A stretch of DNA of 64,000 nt from Octopus vulgaris. Its lineage: Eukaryota. Below the pieces are notes generated by a model. The model did not search any database, was not told where the DNA came from, and saw only the letters and a program-made list of their open reading frames with translations. The position numbers were made by a program, and so were the translations under genes. Shown one piece after another: positions 28,220-41,202 of the stretch. Positions within the stretch are counted from its first letter, which is position 1, and each line of letters begins with the position of its first letter. The stretch lies in NCBI GenBank assembly GCA_951406725.2, contig OX597818.1, positions 100,812,001 through 100,876,000 on the forward strand, read 5' to 3'.

Positions 28220-28771
28220 AATAAATAAGTTCAATCGGAGGTTAAATAAGTCTCATCAAAGGATAATAATATCCAATGAATTTACTGGTTTATTATCTAC
28301 TGTTTATTTTGAATACTAATTTTAATACTCATAAATTGATAATTAAAGGAGCAGAGGTCAATATTTATTTAAGAAGAGTAAGGAAATAGAGATAAATTAA
28401 TTAATAATTATATTTATTAATTGCAAATTAGACTTAATTAGACAGCTGTTTCGATTCAGATTTTAATTAAAATAATTTAATTATTATAACCTAGAATCTT
28501 GTCGGAGGTAGAAAAAGATACACCATTACATTTTTTAATGTTTTTATATGTTAATTTTACAGAACATTTCAGCTAACTGTGTATTGTTTTATAGATCAAT
28601 TGTGTGTAGACCTTATAAAGGGGGCAAATGAAGTATATTTAGAAAAAATAAATATGAAATATAATATAAAGTATACTCTGGGTATTCATTAAAAAGTTTA
28701 CATATAAATAACATATAGTAATTAACCGTGTATTTATGCATGATCTTAATGTTGGGGCAAATATGTTTATG

Positions 28772-29109
28772 CTGAGACCCACTTCGGTCATGACTGACCA
28801 TGGGATTGCACCTAGAAAGTTACCCTCCCAGGCACAAGTCCGTGCAAGGTTGTTTATGGAAGACCAGCAGTCGCCCATGCATACCGGTTTCTCTTGTCCA
28901 CGCCACTAGTGCTATCCAAGGGAAAGGCAATGGCCGATACAGCTTGGCACCTGTGACGCCGCAACTCATTTCGACAGCTGAGTGAACTGGCGCAATGTGA
29001 AATAAAGTGTCTTGCTCAAGAACACAACACGCAGCCCGGTCCGGGATTCGAATACACAACCTCACGATCGTAAGCTCGACGCACTAACCACTGAGCCATG
29101 CGCCTTCAC
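28772..29109 (-). mobile_element. SINE family B, full length
   Basis: Head GTGAAGGCGCATGGCTCAGTGGTTAGTGCGTCG...TTCGAATCCCGG; TSD TATGTTTAT; empty site visible in the opposite arm (~31493-31511). Confidence 0.92.
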
Positions 29110-29313
29110 TATGTTTATAAGAATTTAAATAATAAGGGTGTATAAATTCATAAGTATAAATAAGAAATGGATTGAATTATATAGCTAAATTTATATATAT
29201 TTGAATGCATGTATCCATATGAATACATTCAAATATTTATGCATATACAAATACATTAAAAATATAACAAAATAAGATAAAAATAAATGGGCACTTAAAT
29301 ATTTCTAAATATG

Positions 29314-29380
29314 CAGGGTGTTCAAAATGTCGCTCTGCAACGAATTTCTTGCCGCCTCTCTCTCCAATAATTAGGCTCTC
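29314..29380. mobile_element. Tc1/mariner terminal fragment
   Basis: CAGGGTGTTCAAAATGTCGCTCTGCA resembles the TIR of 60352-60566. Confidence 0.55.
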
Positions 29381-31849
29381 TAAAATGTATTTCAAAACAT
29401 GTGTAGAAGAGTAAACTTTTCTATAGAAAATGGAAGACGTCGTTTACAATACTTCTTATAAAGTTTTTTTAAAGTCTTGTAAAGTCTAATATATTATTTT
29501 GTAGTCTTATACAATCTTATGTATATTCTTTTTGCAATGAAGTAATTACTGGGGAAAGACCTTTTGAACACCATGTATTTACGCGTTCATACATAATAAA
29601 TACAGCTAAACATCTACTCTTACTCTTTTGCTTGTTTAAGTCATTTGACTGTGGCCGTGCTGGAGCACCACCTTTAAATGAGCATATTCCCCAAGCGGGG
29701 AAATATCTGTATAAAATCACATGCAAAAAATTGTATAAATATATATTTGTACAAATATTACGTTACTAGTTTGATTCATACACAAAACTTTACTCATGTT
29801 CAAATAGGGTTCAACAAAAATACAAATAAAACATTTATAAGAATTTTAAAATTTAACGGATAAAATGTTTATATGTGCGATGTAAAATATAATAAATAAA
29901 TAAACAAACAAAACCGAAAAACAGAGTTAATATTATGTGTATAAATAAGAGAGCAAGGAAAGAATCTCTTATATCAAAGAAAAATATTTTATAGGTTTTT
30001 GTTTGGAGAGAACATGAAGGTGTGTGCAAAAAATATAGTAGTCAAGGAGAAGTAAATATAGATAATTGATTAATTAGAAGAAAGTATATACAAAAATTAT
30101 TATAGATAAAAAACTTACATTTTTAAAATAAATTTTTTTTTTATATATCTGCATAAATAAATAAATAGAAAAAGTAAATAATAGTAAGGTAAAAAATATA
30201 TTGGGGTAAAGAAGGAAAATATTAAGAAGTAAATCTTGGATAGGGAGAAAACATGCAAATTAAAACTAATTATATTGATAATAAGTAATGGGGAAATATA
30301 AATTAGCAATAATAAAATTATATTAATAATTACTACTATTAAGGATTTAGGTAATAAATGTAAAGCATGTATTAAAAGAAAATAGGGAGAATACATATAG
30401 AGGAGATATAAAGAGGGATGTAATGTTCCTTGGAAGAGGGTTTAAAATTTATATAAAAGGATATATAAATCTAAGTCAAAATATCAATGTATATGATTAA
30501 TAATAGAATATTGTATGGGAACAATTAATACGTAGCTTAATTTATCATCAATAATAAAAGTAATAGACTTAATATGTGTGACTATAGTGGTGGGAAAGAT
30601 AATTAAATACTTATTGTCAAGTTCTTTATATTTAGAAAATGCATATTCTCCCTTGTGTAAATAATACTGTTTTTTTATCTCTGAGGCTAAGAAGAGGGAA
30701 TTTTGCAGAGAGAATAAAAAATATTTCAGTTAAACAAAGACAACATTATTTCATTATTAAATTCTTTTATTTTGTTCGATTGTTTATTTATTTATATTTT
30801 ACATTGCACACATTACTCATTTTATCCATTAAATATAAAAGACTTATAAAGTTTTTTCTTTGCTGCAAGATATTGTTCCTTGTTCTCTTATTTATACATA
30901 TAAGAGTGATTCCGTTTTTTTAATTTTGTTTTTTTTTCTTTACTTATTTATTTCCTATATTTTACATTACCGTTGATAATCCTCAAATGAAGTAAACGCT
31001 ATTAATTTTGAAAGTATGACCATTAGACTCTCTGTATAATATTTGATTAATACAAAATAGATATAGCGGTGTCAGTTTTTACTAAATGAATACGTATAAT
31101 AAATACATATTTATTTATTTATTTTAGTAATTTTATTTTTATGTTTATTGAACCCTATTTCAACATAAACAAATTCTTGCGTATGAATATAAGTACTAAC
31201 ATAATAGTACAAATGTATATTTATAGAATTACTTGCATGTGAATTTATACAGACATTTATAGGTATTTATTATGTATGAATGCGTAAAAATATATAGGTA
31301 TATGTACAAGATGATATAATTTAAGTGCCCATTACTTTTAAATTTATTAATATATTTTTATGTTATTTTATATGTATAAGTATTTGAATGTATTTATATC
31401 CATTAATTCATTCAAATGTATATAAATTTATCTATAAATCTATCCATTTATTATTTTTACTTACGAATTTATACGCCATTCTTATTCAAAACTTTATAAG
31501 CATATTTACCACAATATTAATATGATACTTTAATACACGGTTAATTCTATGTATTGTTTATCTCTATACTTTTAATGATTTCCCAGAGTATATTATATAT
31601 GATATTTCACATTTACTTTTCTAAATATACTACTTTACCCCTTTATAAGGTATTTTCCAAATTTATCTATAAACCAATACTCAGTTAGGTGAAATGTTCC
31701 GTTCTGTTAACACATACAAACGTAATGGTGTATCTACCCCCGAAAAGATTCTCTTTTATAATGGTTTGTTTATTTTAATTAAGGTATTTAGAATTTGAAT
31801 CGAAACAGCTATCAGGGATTATTCTGTTATTCTTTTAATTGTTTCATTC

Positions 31850-32053
31850 ATTTTAAAGCAGCCATACTTGAGCACTGCCTTTAGTCGAGCGAATAGACAC
31901 CAAAACTTATTCTCTGTAAGCCTAGTTCTTATTCTATTGCTCTCTTTTCCCGGACCGCTATGTTACGGAAACATAATCTCACGAGCATTGGTTGTCAAGC
32001 GATGTTGTGGGGAAAACACAGACACACAATCATACACACACAATTAACATATG

Positions 32054-32093
<40 letters not shown>

Positions 32094-32318
32094 ATTGTGT
32101 GTCTGTGTTTTTCCGCACAACATCGCTTGACAACCAATGCTCGTGAGATTATATATATACGACGAGATTCTTTCAGTTTCCGTTATTCAAATCCACTCAA
32201 AAGCTTTGGTAGGCCCGATGTTATAGTAAACGACACTTGCTGAAGGTGATACGCATTGGGACTGAACCTGGAAACATCTGGTTGTTAAGGAAGCTACTTA
32301 TCACACACCCACTTCTGC
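31850..32318 (-). mobile_element. SINE family C, near full length, with internal inverted duplication
   Basis: Head at 32160-32318, central microsatellite, tail at 31850-32036; 31973-32036 is inverted at 32088-32153. Confidence 0.88.
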
Positions 32319-32364
32319 GATTTGTCTATTTTTGTAACTAATGTATAACATTTATTATTTTTAT

Positions 32365-32700
32365 TGTTCTTGTACTTCTTTTTCTAATTTCCCTTCCATC
32401 TCCTCCTCCTCCTCCTCCTCCTCCTCCGCCATCTTCTTCTTATTCTCCCTCTTCTTTGTTTTTCTTGTACTTCTTTCTCTATTTCCTCTCCCCCTTCTTC
32501 TTCTCCTCCTTCTTCTATTTCTTGTTCCACTCCCTCTCTTTCTCTCCTTCTTCTTCTCCTTCTTCTTCTTCTTCTTCTTCTTCTTTTTCTTCTTCTTCTT
32601 CTTCTTCTTCTTCTTCTTCTTCTCTTCTACTTTTCGTTCTACTTCTTTCCGATTCATCTCCTCCCTGTCCACTTTCTTCCTTTCCTCCTCGTTCTACTCC
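32365..32700. repeat. (CCT)n/(CTT)n low-complexity tract
   Basis: Seen directly. Confidence 0.9.
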
Positions 32701-33196
32701 ATTTTTTTCTGCCGATCGTCATTCTCTCCGTTCCTTCCATTTCTCCCTGCTATCAACCTCTTGCGTCCTCTCCCGTCCCGCATAATATCTACCAACTTAC
32801 TCAGTCTGCATCCACACTTTTTTTCTCTTTCCTTCTCCCTCCCAATACTTTCCTAACAACTATGTCTGATGGACGCACAATGTAATAGCACACCTTTGCT
32901 GTAAGTCTGATGAAGTGCCTCTCCAATGTCTAAAACAGCAAATATGTGATATTTCGTCTAGAATTTGCGCATAAACTGGCGTTGCAAATGGAGATGTTAC
33001 GGAAACGTTTTTACCTTATAATGAAAGATGTGTTAAAATTTTTCTTTGAATTGTTTGCATTGGATTGTATGTATGTATATATATATATATATATACATAC
33101 ATATATACATATATATATACATGCATATATATATATATATATACATACACACATATATATATATATACATATATATATATATGTGTATATATATAC

Positions 33197-33253
<57 letters not shown>

Positions 33254-34059
33254 TATTTGTGTGTGTGTGTATGTGTGTGAGTGTGTTTGCGTGTATATAG
33301 GTTTGTCTGCTAGTGGTTATGGAAGACGCACATGTAATTAACATATTTTTCTATTTTTCTGTCTTTTTATGTGTCATGCTTTATATGTGTTAAGTACATC
33401 TGAATTTTGTGTACAAGGTAACTTTTAGAGTCATCTATACTGAAAATGTCAGATTGCCGGTGAATACAACATTGTCAGCTTGACATAACTTATGTCGTCA
33501 AATGTGATAAAACATTGATACGTAGTGAATAAATTATTGCATATTGTTTGCACCAAGCTTTCAACACTTGCATCAGAAGTTTCCTGTCAAATCGCTCAGA
33601 TGGCATACAATTTGATAGCGATTTGTTTATGTAAAAATCTATCGAACGTGGTCAAAGTAAAATCTTCCCTCTGCTACGCTATTTGAAATGTGCTGTAATA
33701 TAATACATATACTTCTAAAGATACATGCACCCAAGGTAAATTATATTATCATTCACTAAGATTAATCACTTTCTAACAAATGCTATGAAGTTATCAGAGT
33801 ATCTTCGAATCATCTTTGAAGTAGGACATGAAAAAGTATTCGCCTTAGAGCATCTTTGTTAAACATGTTAAAGATTAATATTTCAGAACATCTTTCACAA
33901 ATCTACACACTGAAACGAAATCCAAATTACAGTAGATTATGTCATTTGTTACATGAAAATAAATCACCCCATGGACAAAATACACTGAATAGAATCAGTG
34001 AATTATCCTCCTTACATCTGAGATATATATTTGTAAATCTATTCCCTTATATTAGATGA

Positions 34060-35460
34060 ACCACTACTTAGCCATACTTCGCAAAAACATACGCACAAGT
34101 ACGAAAGAAAATATACAAGGCTTACTTCGATTGTTACTTAGGAGACCAGGATAAGTCATGGACACCTCATGTGTGTGCCTTACATGTGTGAAGACACTGA
34201 GTGCCTGGTATGCAGGAAAAAAATGTTCACATGAAGTTTGGTGTACCAATGATTTGGCGTGAGCAGAAAGATCACTCTAATGATTTTCTATTACTGTTAC
34301 CATGACTTTACATGCTCTACTACAGCAAAGAAAAAGAAAAACATTGTTTACTGAAATTTGCAATCAGCAATGCACCCAGTAGAGCACCCAGAAAATTTAC
34401 CTGTGCCCAAACATCCAGATCAAGAAATGAAGAGATCCAGCAGTGCTAAAGAATATTCCAGTAGTGTATCTATGAAGCCCAACGATCCTGAAAGCGAGAA
34501 TAAACCATTATCATTTTCTCAGGAGGCTCTAAATGACTTCTGTGGGGATCTCTATTTAGCCAAAGGGAAAATTGAGCTTCTGGCATCAAAGCTTCAATAA
34601 CGTAATCTTGAGAAAGGAGTGAAGATAACAATGAAAAGAAAACGTACAGAGGATCTGCTTGCATTATTCACCATGAAGGATGACTTATGCTTTTGTAATG
34701 ACATCACTGGACTTTTTGAGCAACTTGAAATAAAACCAGCCGGCAACTTTTTATAGATGCATGCAAGGACAGCATCAACGCTGTTCTGCAACACAATAGT
34801 AACGCTCTTCCGTCTGTTCCCATGGCCTATAGCACAACCATCAAAGAATCATATGAAAATCTGAAAGCAATTCTAACAAGCATACACTATGATGACTATA
34901 CCTGGCATATTTATGCAGATTTTAAGGTTGTGGCCATGCTTACTGCCCTCCAGCTAAATTTTGCTACTTCCTAAGCTTATGGAATTCCAGAACCCTCCGC
35001 ATTTGTTTATCTTGCAGAAAAAGTTCCCTTCCCTGAGTCAAGCTAAACTTAAAGAAGGTTGCTTTATAGGTCCCCAAATTCGAAAACTTGAACTTCATAA
35101 AACCTTCAGTACACATCACAAGATAAAAGAGATGCTTGTCTTTGAGTTATTTAAGAAAGTTTGGGCAACCATCGTTCAGAAGACTATGTGAAAAGTGTGA
35201 ATGATCTGCTGAGTTATTACCATGATGTGGGATTTAACATGTCTCAAAAAGTTCATGTGTTTCACTCCAATTTGGATGTTTTTGCGGAAAATCTTGTTGA
35301 TGTGAGTAATGAACATGGTGAAAGATTCCATCAGAATATTTCAGTGATGGAGTGACGATTCAAAAGTAAATTGAACCCTGTCATGTTGGCAGACTACTGC
35401 TGGGGTATAAGAAAAGAAGATCACACTCCGCACAAGAGGCTTAGAAGGACAAAAGTTGTT
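34060..35460 (+). pseudogene. Degenerate DDE transposase, Chapaev3-like (CMC)
   Basis: Joined frames give GDQDKSWTPHV..C, FGVPMIWREQKDHSND, KKFPSLSQAKLKEGCFIGPQIRKL, MSQKVHVFHSNLDVF, VSNEHGERFHQ and MLADYCW. Many stops and frameshifts. Right end TTGTTGCACAGGG at 35722-35734 resembles a CAC/GTG-type TIR. Family assignment is from recalled motifs. Confidence 0.7.
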
Positions 35461-35765
35461 TAAACTGACAGGTGTATTTTTAATTCATAACCAATATATG
35501 TTTTGTTATACCGACTAAATTTTTGTTATGTTTTGTAACTTTCAGTATTTGCAATGTTGTGTTCAATACGCAATATTATGCAGTATATTATAAAACATAT
35601 GGTTCATGGTACAGGAAAACGGTGCCTAATCTGGAGGAATAAAGGTCAGAATCAGAATCAGGACCATCTTTTGACTCAGTAACAAGTCTTACTTAACTTG
35701 TACTTTTTTAAAATCTGAAATTTGTTGCACAGGGTAATCTTTACGGTATATGTGTATGATTGTTT

Positions 35766-36053
35766 GTTCCTTCTCGAGCCACGCCTGGCTCATAAGGGAC
35801 GGTTTCACACTTTCCTTGGCGTATAGGTTACCCACCTGGACGGGACACCGGTCCGTCGCAGATGCAGGAGGAAAAAGAGTGAGAGAAAGTTGTGGCGAAA
35901 GAGTCAGCAGAAGTTTGTTATTACCTTCTGCCGGAGCCGCATGAAGCTTAGGTGTTTCGCTCATAAACACACACAATGCCCGGTCTGAGATTCGAACCCG
36001 CGATCCCTCGACCGAGAGTCCGCTGCTCTAACCACTAGGCCAAGTGCCTCCAC
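35766..36053 (-). mobile_element. SINE, family A head with a variant tail
   Basis: Head GTGGAGGCACTTGGCCTAGTGGTTAGAGC...GGTTCGAATCTC; TSD GTGTATGATTGTTT. Confidence 0.9.
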
Positions 36054-36710
36054 TGAGTGTATGATTGTTTATGCCTATATCTATTCATGGCACATGCATA
36101 CCTTTATCCATATACACTCTCCATAAAAACACATGCGCACTGTATAAATATGTACGTATATGTAAACCATAAAAGCATGACAATGTAATGCTACATTGTA
36201 TTCTTTTAAATCCATAACATAAGGACAAAGTAAATATATTTCGAGAACATCCTTTACATTTTGTTTTTCTATTAAACAAAATATTCAACATTTTGTATCT
36301 GAAATTCAGAATCACATGAGACACTCTTGTCAATGTTTGAAGTAGAAACTAAACGTTCTATATTCACAATTATTGTAGTATGCCCTCAAGTGTAGGTGTT
36401 GTTCATCTTCCTATATTCTATAATATCGTTGTCAGTGGCGGCATATGTATGAGAAGATTTGCATTTATTTAACATTTACATCTAGTACATGTTTAGTTAT
36501 ATGATTGTCATTTCTTTTTTCTTCGTCAAATTTACGCATGGTTTATTTTCTTCCAAGAACTTAATTACAAGATGGTGTAAACAGCCAATGGCAGAATCGT
36601 TAAGTGATACTGTACAACTGAATTGTGCTTTCAACGTGGAAATATATATATATAATAATAATCTAATAGATAAAACATATGCATACATACATATATGTAC
36701 ATACCTACAT

Positions 36711-36756
<46 letters not shown>

Positions 36757-36954
36757 CTTATTTTTATTTTTACATGGGAGCTATCTTGTTTATTTTCTCT
36801 CTATATGTTAAAGAGCGTGTACATATTTATATAAGTCTATAAGTATATCTACGCATTTATATAAGTGTATATATAGAAATACACATACATACACACACGC
36901 ATATTTTAATGTAATATATATACATACAGTCATATATGTACATATTTACAAACA

Positions 36955-37015
<61 letters not shown>

Positions 37016-37909
37016 ATGCATGCATGTGTGTATGCATATACATACATACATCGATACACACACATGTAAATTTATAGTTATGCATATATGTTTACCCCCC
37101 ATATACATACATATATATGAATGAATAAATGTGGAATATAATGTGTATATCTTTGCGTTGTGTATGCCTTCTTTTCTTGCAATCTATATAAATTGGATTT
37201 GTTTATGTTACTTACAAATTATTTTCAGATATGTTTATAAGTTTTATATGTATATACAATATTGCAGTATTTATATACATATGCCTTTCTGAAACTTCCC
37301 GATTGTATGTGGAGAAGCAGATGAACATTTGTTGCCATGCTATCTATATATTTGTTATAATGGAATACTGTACGTCGTTTATGCAATCCTACGCTTGAAT
37401 ATTGTCAATAAACACGCTCGTACGAGCCAATATATTATCTTAGCTTGGTTGTTTAGCATGCAAAAAATAACAACAAAAATTCCTCTACATATGCTCGCCA
37501 GAAACACGTTGATAAGATGCCGTGCCGTCTTAAGTTCCTATTTCAACCTAATTTTACACAAATCATTCCTGAAGTTACATATGAAGCAACGTCAGTACCT
37601 CCTGACTCTCTCTGTAAGTATGACATGTGAAAAAAGAAATTCGAATATTTACTGTTATATATCCATTGCCAGAGGTAGTGACGAGGAAAACATCAATTAA
37701 AACCGCGCAGTGAAGTCTAGTTTCGTTCTAAAACGTAACATGAAAGACATGTATTTTAGTGAAGCACTGGAGTGGAATTAAAAACTGGTTTGGTACTGTT
37801 TATTCCTCATGGTATTTAAACATAATCGATGCGGTGCTTATATTGATGAAAATAAGCGTAAATTTCCCAAAGTCGTCTCTCTTTTTACAAGAATGTAAAA
37901 CGATAAACG

Positions 37910-38197
37910 TCGCCCTTTCTAGGTCTAATCAGGCTCATGGGCCTGGTTTCCCGGTTTCTGTGGCGTATGTGCCCCCACCCAGATGGACGGGACGGCAGTC
38001 CATCGTATCGTTACTCAAGAAACAGGAAGAGAGAGTGAGAGAAAGTTGTGGCGAAAGAGTACAACAGGGGTCGCCACCAGACCCTGCCGGATCCTCGTGG
38101 AGTTTCTAGGTGTTTTCGCTCAATAAACACACACAACACCTGTCTGGAAATCGAACAGCGTTCCTCCGACCTAACCACTGGGCCATCGTGCATCCAC
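37910..38197 (-). mobile_element. SINE family A
   Basis: Aligns with 478-777. Confidence 0.88.
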
Positions 38198-38981
38198 TTT
38201 ACAAACATGTACTTAACTTAACTGATAGAAGTACCTACATCGCTGGACACTGGAAAGAAAAGCATCTAATCTCAAATATATTGTGGCAGGTATGTATGTA
38301 TGTATGTATGTATGTATGTATGTATTATGTAAGCACACACACACTCACACAAACACGCACACACATATACATATATTGTTTGTTTCAACAAGGTCATGAC
38401 ATGTCCAACTGAAAGAAAGTATCATAGAAACGATCAAATCTTCAGTTAAAGCATATCACTGTGTATGTTCTTAAGGGGGCAAATTTGCCCTTGTAGATCA
38501 TCAAATACGTGACGTGAAGGACAAGTTAATATGCTGTATACGCTGTGAATGCTGTGAACGCTGTGAATGGTTCCTAATTTCAGGAATATGGAGAGAGTAA
38601 TCATGGATGAAGTTCAAGGCTCTCTTCTGTTTTGATTCAATACTCACACACAATTGAAAGATTTTAACGACCTTAGGATCATTGGCTGCTTTCTTCCTCG
38701 CAATGAAAATAATCCAAATATAAAAGGGAGAAGCCTTCAAGCCTCTGACGAAGTTTCTATTATCGGTAAACAATCGCTTCCTGAGAGACGATTAGGATTC
38801 CTTCAATCCATGGCTAATATTTGGAGAAAATTTAGACTTCAAATTAAGAAGCCTCCAAACCTATAGTTGAAATAATGTTGATTCGACAATATGCGACAAT
38901 AGTTGAAATAATGTTGATTCCGAACAAATCAAAATAGAATAATAAATCTCTGAACGAGATATAAACAGTAACTGCTCTATA

Positions 38982-39211
38982 ACGTAAGGGGGATCAGCCA
39001 TCTGAATGTGGCTAGGGATAGGGCGGATGGTGGGAGTGTTACTGATGCTTTTAGCCCCAGGCGATCATCGACGTCACCAGAAGGACCGACACCGAGATGG
39101 TGTCGGTCCTTCTGGTGACGTCGATGATCGCCTGGGGCTAAAAGCATCCGTAACAACCCCACCACCCCGCCCTGTCCCTAGCCACATTCAGATGGCTGAT
39201 CCCCCTTACGT
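38982..39211. repeat. 230-bp near-perfect fold-back inverted repeat (5-nt loop)
   Basis: 39044-39093 pairs perfectly with 39099-39148, and 38982-39018 with 39175-39211. Confidence 0.97.
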
Positions 39212-39289
39212 GAAAATAGAATATATTTCCGTGTATAGTGTGCAAGCATATGTATATATATATACATATATGCATGTACGTATTATGTA

Positions 39290-39335
<46 letters not shown>

Positions 39336-39358
39336 ATGTGTGTATGTAGTGTGCAAGC

Positions 39359-39410
<52 letters not shown>

Positions 39411-39529
39411 TTATATAAATAAGGATAAGATCGTTATTTAAATATCGGACATATCAAGTAGCCAGCATGGGAATAAAACCTTCAAATGTAATAATTACTA
39501 TTAAAATTATAATTTAGGGTATCTAAGAG

Positions 39530-39830
39530 ATACTACCACGGTGACGCGCAAGCAAACCAGCAGAGATTGTGGTTCGTTGATTTTTGTTGTTGTCAATTAC
39601 AGCATGCGGAACCCATGCTCCATACGTCTTAACCTTTCCCATCATGGGAAGATGCTTTTCTATAACAGTGTGGGAACATTGCATTTTCTCTGCCAGATCC
39701 CATGTCGTTTGATGAGAATTTTCGTGCCAAAGTTGGTTTAATCGCTCTTCATCGAACTCAACTGGACCACCAGGACGAAGCGCGTCTTTAAGGTCAAAAT
39801 TTCCATATTTGAACTTGGCATACCAATGTA
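39530..39830 (-). pseudogene. mariner transposase fragment
   Basis: WYAKFKYGNFDLKD..RPGGP...HL..MGKVK..GAWVPHAV...R (HTH plus WVPHEL-like motif). Confidence 0.92.
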
Positions 39831-40394
39831 CATCTATATATATATACATCTACACATAAAATACAAAATACAAAGTTATATCTTGATATCGCTAGTGATA
39901 ACAATACTCAAAATATATAACAGACTGGAATTGTAGGCCCGTCTCTTGCAATTTCGATCAATTGGATCTTGTCCTGCCTCTTGTATAGAAGTGCACGGCT
40001 GAAGCGAAATCCATTTTTGGACTTTCTTCTATCGAAGGCATTTTAAGAAAAATGCTTCCGTAAAGACGGTGAAAATATTGTCAATTTCCCCAAACAGGAA
40101 CACAATTCAATTTTTAAACAATAACCAAAGCCCCTTCTCCTAAAGGGGGAGGGTTACGGTTTACAATTATTTAACAAATGTAGTACAACAACGTTTCCCT
40201 GACGAGGAATCAACAAACGTGATTACAATAGTCAAACAGTAATAATAATAACAACAAAACTTTTTAATTTATCCCCAGTTATGTGAAACCACTTATTCAG
40301 GTTCAAGTCTTTGATGCAATTTTATACAAATTGCTAATACACACACACATAATAAGGGTGAAAAATTGAATATTAATTTGATTAATATGAATTG

Positions 40395-40925
40395 AAAACC
40401 AGTGGTGTAGCATATAAGACCATAGCGGATCTTCTTCTAGCAAAATGGATGACCATTTTTAATGGTTCTTCCCTGTTATATAATACTTTAACTTTAATAG
40501 TTTCAGTATTAAAGTGAATGTCTGCATTACAATAGAGAGATGTTTTTGTTTCACTTTTAACACGTAATACTGAAATCGTGGAGAAGATATGATATTGCTG
40601 TGGGGTGGCCTTGGGAAAAAGTTCAGATGTGTTGCCGATGACACTCCCCGGACCTAAAGTAAGGCATGTGTAAAATTTGAATGAAACTGGTTGTGTAGTT
40701 CTCAAGTTTTAGGGAATCGTAGTGGAGAAGATATGATATTGCTGTGGGCTCGCCCTGGGAAAAAGTTAAAATATTTTTGCCGATGACACTCCCCGGACCC
40801 TAAGTAAGGCATATGTAAAATTTGAATGAAATTGGTTGTGTAGTTCTCAAGTTTTAGAGAAACACACAGACAGACAAACATACAGACAGACAGACACACA
40901 TTCTCAGTTTTATGTATATAAAATA
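40395..40925 (-). mobile_element. Non-autonomous Helitron-like element with ~143-bp internal tandem duplication
   Basis: Minus: ATACATAAAACTGAG, then (GTCT)n, then CCAATTTCATTCAAATTT; 40577-40716 is duplicated at 40717-40862; possible 3' end CACTGGT. Confidence 0.55.
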
Positions 40926-41167
40926 TATATAAATATATATATATATGAAGTATATTTGCCACTTAAATGTGGCTAACCACTAAGGGTGGATGCTACTGTT
41001 GCTTGTAGCCCCAAGAGAGCATCCTCTCCAGTTGGCTATTGACACACTTATGTGCGAGATATCATTTCCGACTACCTGTCACTATATTTTATGTATATAT
41101 GTATATATATGTATTTATGTACGTATATGTATGTCCGTCTTCCCTTCCTTGGACCTTTCCTTTTTCT

Positions 41168-41202
41168 ATTTCTGACGAAGAGCTCCGCTCGAAGCGTCAA
41201 AT
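41168..41202 (+). ncRNA. Minimal type I hammerhead, core variant (GAAG)
   Basis: ATTT-CTGACGA-A-GAGC(TCC)GCTC-GAAG-CG-TC-AAAT. Confidence 0.55.

Larger units (their letters stand above)
28441..31817. mobile_element. Old PLE-derived element with ~1-kb diverged inverted arms
   Basis: 28441-~29970 (excluding insertions) is the reverse complement of ~30860-31817. Each outer end has a degenerate HHR (GAATC-GAAA-CAGCTR-TC). Confidence 0.7.

Noticed and set aside
29040-29109. tRNA-like sequences (also 720-777, 12619-12690, 35980-36053)
   Set aside because: They are SINE heads continuing into SINE bodies with TSDs, not stand-alone tRNA genes.
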